Made by a program: the position numbers and the translations under genes. The notes beneath the pieces were generated by a model. That model searched no databases, was not told the DNA's origin, and worked only from the letters and a program-made list of their open reading frames with translations. A DNA stretch of 64,000 bases, from the NCBI GenBank assembly GCA_963743855.1, contig CAVURK010000006.1, forward strand, positions 106,382-170,381, given 5' to 3'. This DNA is from an uncultured Chloroflexia bacterium (lineage in GTDB: Bacteria; Chloroflexota; Limnocylindria; Limnocylindrales; CSP1-4). This document shows positions 20,757 to 29,568 of the stretch, piece after piece. Each line of letters begins with the position of its first letter. The stretch's first letter is position 1.

Positions 20757-21575
20757 ATGCCCGACGCACACCTGAAGGTCTTCCGCGGCAGCCCCGGCGA
20801 AGAGGGTCACTTCGACGAGTTCGACGTCCCGGTCGAGGAGGGGATGGTCGTCCTCGACGCGCTCCACTGGATCCAGGGGCACGAAGCACCCGATCTCGCC
20901 GTCCGCTGGAACTGCAAGGCCGCCAAGTGCGGGTCGTGCAGCGCCGAGGTCGACGGCCGGCCGAGCCTGACCTGCAAGACGCGGCTGTCGGACTTCGACC
21001 TGGAGCAGCCGATCACGGTCGAGCCGATGCGCGCGTTCCCGCTGATCCGCGACCTGGTCACCGACGTGTCCTGGAACTACGAGGTCAACAAGACCATCAC
21101 GCCGTTCACGCCGCCGACCGACATCCCGCAGGAGGACTGGCGGTGGCAGCAAGGGGACGTCGAGCGGGTCCAGGAATATCGCAAGTGCATCGAGTGCTTC
21201 CTGTGCCAGGACGTCTGCCACGTCCTGCGCAACCACGAGACCGAGAAGCCGTTCATGGGACCGCGCTTCCTCGTCCGCGCGGCCGGGCTCGAGATGCACC
21301 CGATCGACCAGGCCGACCGGCGCGAGTACCTCAAGGACAGCGGCGGGATCGGCTACTGCAACATCACCAAGTGCTGCACCGAGGTGTGTCCCGAGCACAT
21401 CAAGATCACCGATAACGCGATCATCCCGCTCAAGGAGCGGGTCGCGGACAAGTACTACGACCCGATCCAGTGGGTCTGGAGCAAGGTCCGCGGCGGCTCA
21501 GGATCCGGTTCGAATGCCGGCGTCGAGCTGCCCGTGCTCCAGGGATCGCCACCGCCCGACCAGGCGCCCGATTGA
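20757..21575 (+). CDS. sdhB: Succinate dehydrogenase iron-sulfur subunit
   Basis: MPDAHLKVFRGSPGEEGHFDEF..., 2Fe-2S and 4Fe-4S Cys clusters (CKAAKCGSCSAEVDG..., CIECFLCQDVC..., CNITKCCTEVCP); GGAGG RBS; intact. Confidence 0.88.
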   Translation: MPDAHLKVFRGSPGEEGHFDEFDVPVEEGMVVLDALHWIQGHEAPDLAVRWNCKAAKCGSCSAEVDGRPSLTCKTRLSDFDLEQPITVEPMRAFPLIRDLVTDVSWNYEVNKTITPFTPPTDIPQEDWRWQQGDVERVQEYRKCIECFLCQDVCHVLRNHETEKPFMGPRFLVRAAGLEMHPIDQADRREYLKDSGGIGYCNITKCCTEVCPEHIKITDNAIIPLKERVADKYYDPIQWVWSKVRGGSGSGSNAGVELPVLQGSPPPDQAPD

Positions 21576-21658
21576 GCGACCCGTTCTTCCCCGAGCTCGC
21601 GGGCGATCCGGGGAAGGACGCGGCGCGGGATGCCGAGGCCCGTCGACCGCGTGGCTTC

Positions 21659-22114
21659 GTGATCCGGACCGACGGGGCAGCGCGCGGCAACCCCGGTCCG
21701 GCCTCGCTGGGCGCCGCATTGTTCGACCTGTCGCGCGCCGACGCCCGCGATGACCGAGCCGTCCCGGACGCCTCGATCTCCGACTACCTCGGGATCCAGA
21801 CGAACAACGTGGCCGAGTACACGGGCGTGGTGCGCGCGCTCGACCTCGCCCGGGACCTGGGCGCGCGCGAGGTCCATCTGCTGCTCGACTCGAAGCTCAT
21901 CGTCGAGCAGCTGGCCGGTCGCTGGCGGGTCAAGGACGCCAAGCTCATCCCGCTGTGGAGCGCGGCGCGCGCGACGCTCGGCGGGTTCGACCGCTGGTCC
22001 GCGATCCACGTGCCGCGGGCGCTGAACACCGTCGCCGACAGGCTGGCCAACGAGGCCATCGACCGCGTCGCGACGGGTGGCCCGGCATCGGTGGTCCGTC
22101 GACCGGGCGACTGA
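21659..22114 (+). CDS. rnhA: Ribonuclease HI (alternative TTG start at 21572 overlapping the sdhB stop would add 29 aa)
   Basis: VIRTDGAARGNPGPASLGAAL...NNVAEYTGVVRALDLA...HLLLDSKLIVEQLAGRWRVKD... is an RNase H fold with the DEDD catalytic residues. Confidence 0.75.
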   Translation: MIRTDGAARGNPGPASLGAALFDLSRADARDDRAVPDASISDYLGIQTNNVAEYTGVVRALDLARDLGAREVHLLLDSKLIVEQLAGRWRVKDAKLIPLWSAARATLGGFDRWSAIHVPRALNTVADRLANEAIDRVATGGPASVVRRPGD

Positions 22115-22162
22115 GCCGGCGGGTCGCCCGGCTCGTCTCGTGCGCCGCGGGTAGGATGGTCG

Positions 22163-22545
22163 GGTCAGCGAGGCGGTCGGATGGCTGCGCGTCGACGACG
22201 GGGCGACCCGTCGGGTGGCGTGAGGAAAGTCCGAGCTCCGCAGCGCAGGGTGGCGGGTAACGCCCGCCCGCCGTGAGGCGAGGACCAGTGCCACAGTGAC
22301 GATGCCGGCCGGCGGCGCAAGCCGACGGCCGGAGTGAAACGGGCAAACTCCACCCGGAGCAAGGCCAAATAGGAGGGCGCAACTCGCGGATGGGCAACCG
22401 TCGGCGAGGGAGAGGTGCGCTGCCCAGCCCTCGGGTCGGCCGCATGAGCCGTCGGGCGACCGGCGGCCCCAGATGGATGGCCATCCCCGTCATGCCGCAA
22501 GGCGCGACGGGACAGAACTCGGCTTACAGACCGCCTCGCTGACAT
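22163..22545 (+). ncRNA. rnpB: RNase P RNA, bacterial type A
   Basis: P1 helix GTCAGCGAGGCGGTC (22165-22179) pairs with GACCGCCTCGCTGAC (22529-22543). Conserved GGAAAGTCCGAGCTCC, CAGGGTGGCGGGTAACGCC, AGTGAAACGGGCAAACTCCACCCGGAGCAAGGCCAAATAGG and ACAGAACTCGGCTTACAG motifs are all present. Confidence 0.93.
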
Positions 22546-22606
22546 CGATCGCCGACCTGGCGGGCCATCCCGCGTCGCCGGCGATCGGGTCATGCCGAGC
22601 GCGTGG

Positions 22607-22849
22607 TCAGTCTTCGTCAGGCCGGAAGGTGTGCGGGGCGACGCAGGCGTTGCAGATCGGCGTCGCCGCTTCGAGGTCACCGAGAGGGATCGGGACCTTG
22701 CGGTCCGGGTAGAGGCATTCGACGTCGTAGACCCGCTCGGCGCCCATCTCCACGTTGATCAGTCGCCGGAACGTGCAGCGCTTGATCCGGTGCGGCGCCA
22801 GGTGAAAGGCGTCCGGCTGGGGCGGGATGACCGGGAGCGGGAGCGCCAT
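22607..22849 (-). CDS. Small conserved-looking Cys4 protein (80 aa), possible zinc-ribbon
   Basis: MALPLPVIPPQPDAFHLAPHRIKRCTFRRLINVEMGAERVYDVECLYPDRKVPIPLGDLEAATPICNACVAPHTFRPDED; noticeably lower-GC, non-Arg-rich composition compared with the spurious ORFs; divergent from the LysM gene. Confidence 0.5.
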   Translation of the reverse strand: MALPLPVIPPQPDAFHLAPHRIKRCTFRRLINVEMGAERVYDVECLYPDRKVPIPLGDLEAATPICNACVAPHTFRPDED

Positions 22850-23001
22850 GCTGCGGTCGTGAAGCCTCGGGGACTCGGGTCGAATGGACGGTCCAGTCGA
22901 CTCTGGCGGCGGAGCCTAGCATCGCCCCCGGCACTACGGCAACACGCGAAAGGTACTAGACTCCGCGCCGTTCCACCCAGCGGGGGGCAGACGGAGGGCG
23001 C

Positions 23002-23898
23002 GTGCACGACGATCCGGGGACGAGGGTCCCCGCCGCCAGCCTCCGGCGGTGCCTGGCGATTCGCCTGGTGCCGCAGTCGCCGACACTCCGCGTCCGGCGA
23101 CGATCGAGCGAGGCCCGATCGCCCAACACGTGGGTCTGCCCGTTCCTCCGGGCGATCGACGACGACGGACTGCTCGGACGTCCCGATCGAGGGACCGGAT
23201 CCGGTCAATCGCTGCGCCGCCCTCGCCGAGCCCGTCCCGCAATCGCTTCGCCAGCAGGAGCTGGTCTGCCTGACCAGCGGCCACGTCAACTGCCCGCGCT
23301 ACCTGCGCGGATCGATGGGCACGCCGGAGGCGCTCGAACGCGTGCGCGCGTCGCGGACCCTGACACCGGCGACCGTCGGCGCGCTGTCGTTGTTCGTCCT
23401 GGCCTTCGCGCTGTCGCTCGCGTTCGTGGTCGCGCAATGGGGGGCTGGCCCTGACCGCGGCCGCACCGACGCCGACCGCCGCCGGCAGCGTCCTCGGGCG
23501 AGGTGGCGACCGCAGCCGCCCGCGACGCCTCGGCGCACGCCGACGCCGACGCCGACGGCGACCTCCGAGCCGACCCCGAGCCCGTCTGCGAGCCCTTCGC
23601 CGACGCGCCAGCCCGACCACCACGCCGAGCCCCAGCCCGAGCCCGACCCCCACGCCCGCCCCGACGCCGAAGCCGACCCCGAAGCCGCCGTCGGGGGCCA
23701 GCGCGAGCCGGCTCGCGCTGCTGAAGCCGTGCCCGGACACGCCGGACTGCTACGTCTACGTCGTTCGCTCGGGCGACAACCTGTCCAGCATCGCCAACTA
23801 CTTCGGCGTGTCGTTGACCAAGGTCAAGGCGATGAACCCGTGGGTCAGCAACGGCCTGACCATCGGCCGCGGACTCCGGATCCCGCCGCCGACCCGCT
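23002..23898 (+). CDS. LysM-domain membrane protein: Cys-rich N-terminal cytoplasmic domain, one TM helix, Pro/Thr/Ser-rich linker, C-terminal LysM; at least 3 frameshifts
   Basis: GTG 23002 with GGAGGG RBS; ...WVCPFLRAIDDDGLL / ...NRCAALAEPVPQSLRQQELVCLTSGHVNCPRYLRG...TLTPATVGALSLFVLAFALSLAFVVAQ (TM); PT-rich tract 23480-23700 read in two frames; LysM CYVYVVRSGDNLSSIANYFGVSLTKVKAMNPWV...IGRGLRIPPPTR ends at 23898. Confidence 0.65.
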
Positions 23899-24051
23899 AG
23901 GCAGTCGCCCGCTCGCGGGTCCTCGCGACCGCCTGGCAGCGGCTCGCAGTCCCGAGCGCCGAGTCAGGCCAGGCGTCCAGCCGCCCCGGCACCGTCGGCC
24001 CCGACGCTCGGCCCCGAGCGAATCGCCGGACCCTCGACCGCCAATTCCGTC

Positions 24052-24079
24052 TTGACGTGCGCCGTTTCGCCGCTATAGT
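24052..24079 (+). promoter_or_regulatory. Pmra promoter: TTGACG (24052-24057), 16-nt spacer, TATAGT (24074-24079)
   Basis: Near-consensus sigma-70/sigA hexamers about 90 nt upstream of the mraZ GTG. Confidence 0.7.
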
Positions 24080-24085
24080 GCAGCG

Positions 24086-24111
24086 AAGTGGCACAAAGTG
24101 GTGAGAAGTGG
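24086..24111 (+). promoter_or_regulatory. Three direct AAGTGG repeats at 10-bp phasing (MraZ-box-like operator) immediately downstream of the -10
   Basis: AAGTGG at 24086, 24096 and 24106; MraZ proteins bind phased GTGG/GTGGG direct repeats that overlap their own promoter. Confidence 0.7.
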
Positions 24112-24169
24112 GGAATCCCAGGTCCCCTCGACCGCCCAGGCCAAGCCGACACAGGGGTAGACCCGACAA

Positions 24170-24600
24170 GTGTTCACCGGCGAGTACCGGCACACGGTGG
24201 ACGACAAGGGACGGATCGCCGTCCCTGTCAAGTTCCGCGCGCAGCTCGACCCGGGATCGATGGTCTCGGGCTGGCTCGACGACTGCCTCGCGATCCACAC
24301 CAAGACCGCCTGGGAGGAGCTGTCGCGAGAAGGTCGCGCGCCCTGCCGATCAGCGATCAGCGAGCACGCAGCTTCCAGCGCTACGTGTTCTCGACGGCCA
24401 GCGAGGCGCAGATGGACAAGCAGGGCCGGATCCTGCTGCCGGCCAGCATCCGCGCCTTCGTCGGGCTGACCGACGAGGCCGTCTTCGTCGGCTCACGCGA
24501 TCACGCGGAGATCTGGGCGCCCGACCGGTGGGATGCCTACCGGAAGACGCTCGACGACCCGCAGGAGCTGGCCAGGGCCTTCGAGGGCATCGGGATCTAG
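24170..24600 (+). CDS. mraZ: Transcriptional regulator MraZ; two closely spaced indels near 24320-24345
   Basis: VFTGEYRHTVDDKGRIAVPVKFRAQLDPGSMVSGWLDDCLAIHTKTAWEELS (frame A) and ...LPISDQRARSFQRYVFSTASEAQMDKQGRILLPASIRAFVGLTDEAVFVGSRDHAEIW... (ORF 24088..24600); these are the two DXXXR half-domains. Confidence 0.85.
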
Positions 24601-24662
24601 CTCGCGACCACATGCGCTTCCAGGATCCGCTCGGGATCCGATTCGTTCGGGATGGAGGAGAG

Positions 24663-25610
24663 ATGAACGAAGGGCACCTGCCGGTGCTGTTGGAGGAGGT
24701 CATCGCGATGCTCGCCCCGGCTGCCGGCAGCCTTCACATCGATACCACCCTGGGCGGCGGTGGGCACACCGAGCGGATCCTGGAGGCCGCCAACCCAGAC
24801 GGCCGGCTCCTCGGGCTCGACGCCGATCCGGCGGCGATCGCCCGGGTCGAGGCCCGGCTCCGTCCGCGGTTCGGCGATCGGCTCGTCCTCCGCCAGGCGA
24901 ACTTCCGCGACCTGGCGACCGTGGCGCCGGCGGCCGGCTTCGGGGCCGTCGACGGCTGCCTGTTCGATCTCGGGCTGTCGAGCTTCCAGCTGGCCGACAC
25001 CGACCGCGGCTTCGGCTTCCGGGCCGGCGGTCCGCTCGACATGCGCTTCGACACGAGCCGTGGCGTCCCGGCCGCCGAGCTGCTCGCGACCCTCGACACC
25101 GGCGAGCTGACGGCTCTCTTCCGACGCTACGGCGAGGAGCCGAAGGCGCCACGGATCGCCCGGGCCATCGTCGACGCGCGACGGGTCGCGCCGGTCTCGA
25201 CCGCCGAGGAGCTGGCCGCGCTCGTCGAGCGCGTCGCCCCGCCGAACCCGCGGATCCGCCGCCGGACCCACCCCGCGACGCGCGTCTTCCAGGCCCTGCG
25301 GATCGCCGTCAACGAGGAGCTCGAGGCGCTCCAGGCCGGTCTCGCCGCCGCCCTCGACCTGCTCCGACCGGGCGGCCGGCTCGTCGTCCTGAGCTACCAC
25401 TCGCTCGAGGACCGGATCGTCAAGCGGTTCTTCCAGGCCGAGCGGCGCGGCTGCGTCTGCCCGCCCGAGGTGCCGGTCTGCGTCTGCGGCCGGAACCCGC
25501 GCCTGCGGCTGGTGACCAGCCCGTCGCTGACGCCGACCGAGGCCGAGATCGCCGCCAACCCCCGAGCTCGGAGCGCCCGACTGCGGGCCGCCGAGCGTCT
25601 CGCCGCATAG
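24663..25610 (+). CDS. rsmH: 16S rRNA (cytosine1402-N4)-methyltransferase RsmH (MraW)
   Basis: MNEGHLPVLLEEVIAML...DTTLGGGGHTERIL...FDLGLSSFQLADTDRGFGFRAGGPLDMRF...; GGAGGAG RBS; intact. Confidence 0.9.
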   Translation: MNEGHLPVLLEEVIAMLAPAAGSLHIDTTLGGGGHTERILEAANPDGRLLGLDADPAAIARVEARLRPRFGDRLVLRQANFRDLATVAPAAGFGAVDGCLFDLGLSSFQLADTDRGFGFRAGGPLDMRFDTSRGVPAAELLATLDTGELTALFRRYGEEPKAPRIARAIVDARRVAPVSTAEELAALVERVAPPNPRIRRRTHPATRVFQALRIAVNEELEALQAGLAAALDLLRPGGRLVVLSYHSLEDRIVKRFFQAERRGCVCPPEVPVCVCGRNPRLRLVTSPSLTPTEAEIAANPRARSARLRAAERLAA

Positions 25611-25636
25611 CCCCGCACCGGAAGGAGGAGCCCACG

Positions 25637-26222
25637 ATGAGCAAGCGTCATCCAGTCCAGCCGTCGCAAGACCTACGGGCGCCGCCAGCACGAGGTGCGC
25701 GAGCGGCAGCGATCGCGGCCAGCACAGCGAGGGCTTCGAGTTCGAGCTCGGCGAGTGGGGCTCGGCCGCCCAGGCCGATCCGCTCGGCTTCCTCGATCCG
25801 CGCAGCCCGCGCATCCGCTTCGCGCTCGGCGACTGATCGATGGCCGTCTACGAGGGCGCCCGTCCTCGCACCATCGCGACTGCCGCGCGGTCCGCGGATC
25901 GCCGAGGGACCGACGCTCGACCGCCGCCGGGTCCGTGGCGCGTTCCGTGCCGGACGCCGGACGAACCGGCTCGGGCTCGTCCTCGGGGCGATCGTCGTGG
26001 CGTTCATGCTCGCGTTCTTCTCGCTCGCCCAGCAGGTCCGCGTGTCGGCGACCGGGCTCGACATCGGCCGGCTCGAGCTCGACCGCCAGCGGTCTCGACG
26101 ACCGGCGGCCGAGCTCCGGTCCGACCTGAACCGGCTCGGTCGCGAGCCGGCCGATCCGCAAGCAGGCCATCGACGCGGGTCTCGGGCAGCTGTCCGAGCC
26201 GATCGTCCTGACGCCGCGCTAG
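25637..26222 (+). CDS. ftsL: Cell division protein FtsL-like (TM + coiled coil); frameshifted
   Basis: ATG 25637 with GAAGGAGGAG RBS; ...NRLGLVLGAIVVAFMLAFFSLAQQVRVSATGLDIGRLELDRQR...ELRSDLNRLGREPA...; the product runs in two frames and stops at 26220-26222. Confidence 0.6.
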
Positions 26223-26237
26223 ACGATCGCGCGACCG

Positions 26238-28123
26238 ATGCTGGGCCGTACCGATTCGCGCCGCCGGCTCCTCTTCCTGCTCGTCGTCTTCGTGCGTCGG
26301 TTCGTGCCTGCTGACCGCGCGCCTCGCCTACTGGCAGGTCATCGATCGCGATCGGCTGGCCGCCGAGGCTCAGTCCCAGACGACGTCACGCTCGACGACG
26401 CCGAGCAAGCGCGGCGACATCTACGACCGGACCGGGACCGTCGTCCTGGCCACGACCGTCCAGCGCGAGCGCCTCGTCGCGGCACCCGGACCAGCTGACC
26501 CCGGACAGCAGCGCAAGGCGACCGTCGCCGACGCTGACCGGGATCCTCGGGCTCGACGACGCGGACGCCGCGGCCCTCCGCGACAAGCTGAGCGGCGACG
26601 CCAAGTACGTCATCCTCCGCCACGGCCTCGACCGCGCCGTCGCCGACCAGATCCGCGCCGCGATCGCGGCCAAGACGGTCGTCGCCGTCTCGCTCGAGCC
26701 CGAACCCGAGCGCGTCTACCCGCAGACGGGCGGCGGCCCGGACTCGAGCCTCGCCGCGCACCTGCTCGGCTTCGTCAACCGCGAGGGCGAGGGCCAGTAC
26801 GGCGTCGAGCAGGCAATACCAGTCGACGCTCGCCGGCCAGCCGCGGATCGTCGTCGCCGACCGCGACGCGAGCGGCCAGCCGATCCTCGACGACGCGACG
26901 GTCGTCCAGCCGCGGCGAGCCCGGCACGGACCTGACGCCTGACCATCGACGCCGGTCTCCAGCTGCGCGTCGAGCAGGAGCTCCTGGCGGCGTGGGTCGC
27001 CGACAAGGCCAAGCGCGCCTCGGCCGTCGTGATGGATCCGTACACCGGCGAGGTCTACGCCGATGGCGACCTATCCCGTCGTACGACGGCAACGACTACA
27101 AGGCGATCGCCGCGAGCCGATCCGTCGCGCTTCATCGATCCGGTCGTGGCCAGCGTCTACGAGCCCGGGTCGGTGTTCAAGATGATGACCGCGGCGGCCG
27201 CCCTCGACGAACGGCACCGTCACGCCGATGACCCGGATCAAGGACGTCGGGACGCTCCACCTGGACAAGGGCAAGACCAAGATCGACGACGCCGACCGCA
27301 AGGGCATGGGCTGGATGACGTTCGAGGACGGCGTCGCCTATTCGCGCAACGTCGTGGCGGCCAAGGTCGCGCTCGGGCTCGGCAAGAGCACACGGGAGTC
27401 GTCCGCGATCCTCTACGACATGTGGCGCGGCTCGGCTACGGGCAGCCGACCGGGATCGACGTCGCCGGCGAGGTCGGCGGCCTGGTGCGCGACCCGGGGC
27501 TCACGCCGTGGCGCCAGATCGACCTCGCCAACGGCGCCTTCGGGCAGGGCGTCGCGGTCACCCCGATCCAGCTGGCGACGGCCTACGCGGCGCTCGACAA
27601 CGGCGGGACGCTCGTCCAGCCGCACGTCGTCAAGTCGATCGGCGACCGCGAGGTCCAGGTCCCGGCCACGCGCGACCGCGGTCATCGATCCGTCCGTGTC
27701 GCACGACGCTGATCAAGATGATGCAGCACGTCATCACCGAGGTGCCCGTTCTACCGCGACCGGACCCTCGTCCCGGGCTACGACGTCGGCGGCAAGACCG
27801 GCACCGCGCAGATCTGGGACCCGAAGGCGAACCACGGCCGCGGCGCCTGGAAGAACAACCTGTTCAACTACTCGTTCGTCGGCTACATCGGCCGCCAGAC
27901 CGGCGTCCCGGACCTCGTCGTGGCGATCCAGATCGAGGAGGGGACACCGACCGTCGCTCCGGGTCGGCCACCTCGAGATGCCGGTGATGTCCTTCGAGCT
28001 CTTCCGGCGCATCGCGACCGATGCGATCACCACCCCCGACCTGCTGCCGACCGCGCCGACCGGCGACCCTGGCCACAGCCCCGGACCGGTGACGCACGGC
28101 CTGTGCGACACTGGCGACCGTGA
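26238..28123 (+). CDS. ftsI: Penicillin-binding protein FtsI / PBP2B-like transpeptidase; many frameshifts (more than 6)
   Basis: MLGRTDSRRRLLFLLVVFV... (TM), ...TSKRGDIYDRTGTVVLATT..., ...VMDPYTGEVYA..., ...ASVYEPGSVFKMMTAAAAL (SxxK), ...RNVVAAKVA..., ...GYDVGGKTGTAQ (KTG), ...PVMSFELFRRIATDAI; assembled across all three frames. Confidence 0.7.
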
Positions 28124-29568
28124 CCGACGTCGATCCGTCGACCCCGGCTCCGGGGCAGCCCCCGGCGCCCGCCTTCACGGCCGACGACCTGGTCCGCCTG
28201 ACCGGCGGCCGGCTCCTCGCCCGGTCCGACCGACCCATCCGCGGCGCCGCCGTCGATTCGCGCGCTGGTCCGACCCGGCGAGGTGTTCGTGGCGCTGCCC
28301 GGCGAGCGCATCGATGGGCACGCCTATCCTCGCCGACGCGGTCGCCCGGGAGCGGCCGCGCTCGTCGTCGACCCGCCAGGTCGCCGACCCGTCGACTGCT
28401 CGACGACGTGACCGTCATCCGCGTCGCCGAGCCGCTGGCCGCACTCGGGGCGCTGGCCGCCGGCTGGCGTCGCCGGTTCGATCCGCTCGTCGTCGGGGTG
28501 ACCGGGAGCATCGCCAAGACCTCGACCAAGGAGGCCATCGCGGCCGTCCTGGCCGGTCGCTTTCGGACGCTGCGCAACGAGGGCAACCAGAACAACGAGG
28601 TCGGCCTGCCGCTGACGCTCCTCCGGCTCGGGCCGGAGCACGAGGCCGCCGTCCTCGAGATGGGGATGTACGTCGGCGGCGAGATCGCCGAGCTGGCACG
28701 GATCGCCCGGCCCCGGATCGGGGTGGTGACCGCGGTCCAGCCGGTCCACCTGTCCCGGATCGGATCGCTCGAGGCGATCGAGGCGGCCAAGGGCGAGCTG
28801 CTCGAGGCGCTCCCGCCCGACGGCACCGCGATCCTCAACGCCGACGACCCGATCGTCCGCCGGATGGGCTCGCGGTCCGCGGCCCGCAGCCATCAGCTAC
28901 GGCTTCGCCGACGACGCCGACGTCGGCGCCGAGGCGGTCAGCTCGGCCGGTCTCGACGGGATGCGCTTCACGCTCCGCGCCGAGGGCACGCGCCGGCCAG
29001 TGACGATCCCGACGCTCGGGCGACTGTCGGTCCACAACGCGCTCGCGGCCGCGGCCGTCGGTCGCGCGGCCGGCCTGACGCTCGACGAGATCGAGGCGGG
29101 TCTCGCGGGCGGCTGGTCCGCGCCGCATCGGGTCCAGCTCGTCCGTCTCGGAGCCGTGACGCTGGTCGACGACACGTACAACGCCTCGCCCCGATCCGTG
29201 GTGGCCGCCCTCGAGCTGCTGGCCGGGCTGCCGGGCCGGCGGGCCGCGGTCCTCGGCGAGATGCTCGAGCTGGGCGAGGCCAGCGACGAGGGCCACCGCG
29301 TCGTCGGCGAGGCGGCCGCCCGCACGGTCGACTGGCTGGTGGTCGTCGGTCGCGGGCGCCGCCGGGATCGCCGACGGGCGCCCTGGCCGCGGGTCTCGAC
29401 CCGAGCCGCGGATCCTCCGCGTCGCCGACGCGGAGACGCGCCCGCGATGCCGTCCTGCCGCGACTGCGCGACGGCGACGTCGTCCTGGTCAAGGCCTCGC
29501 GCGGGATCGGGCTCGATCGCCTGGTCGACGGGCTCCGACACGACCTCGGCGAGCGCACCGCTCGATGA
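28120..29568 (+). CDS. murF: UDP-N-acetylmuramoyl-tripeptide--D-alanyl-D-alanine ligase MurF; frameshifted
   Basis: ...LVRLTGGRLL...GAAVDSR..., VGVTGSIAKTSTKEAIAAVL...LRNEGNQNNEVGLPLTLL (MurF NxGNxNN motif), ...AILNADDPIV..., ...LVKASRGIGLDRLVDGL...; no murE gene lies between ftsI and murF. Confidence 0.8.
   Translation: MTDVDPSTPAPGQPPAPAFTADDLVRLTGGRLLARSDRPIRGAAVDSRAGPTRRGVRGAARRAHRWARLSSPTRSPGSGRARRRPARSPTRRLLDDVTVIRVAEPLAALGALAAGWRRRFDPLVVGVTGSIAKTSTKEAIAAVLAGRFRTLRNEGNQNNEVGLPLTLLRLGPEHEAAVLEMGMYVGGEIAELARIARPRIGVVTAVQPVHLSRIGSLEAIEAAKGELLEALPPDGTAILNADDPIVRRMGSRSAARSHQLRLRRRRRRRRRGGQLGRSRRDALHAPRRGHAPASDDPDARATVGPQRARGRGRRSRGRPDARRDRGGSRGRLVRAASGPARPSRSRDAGRRHVQRLAPIRGGRPRAAGRAAGPAGRGPRRDARAGRGQRRGPPRRRRGGRPHGRLAGGRRSRAPPGSPTGALAAGLDPSRGSSASPTRRRARDAVLPRLRDGDVVLVKASRGIGLDRLVDGLRHDLGERTAR

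Noticed and set aside
21572-21658. Longer RNase H starting at the TTG that overlaps the sdhB stop
   Set aside because: This is possible, but the GTG at 21659 gives the typical RNase HI N-terminus (V-I-R-T-DGA...), so I preferred the shorter model and mention the alternative in the feature.
23480-23700. Short tandem CCGAC/GCCGAC-rich repeats resembling a repeat array
   Set aside because: This is the Pro/Thr/Ser-rich linker of the LysM protein (TPTPTPTATSEPTPSPSASPSPT...). It is coding low-complexity sequence, not CRISPR or another repeat array, and there are no spacers or cas genes.
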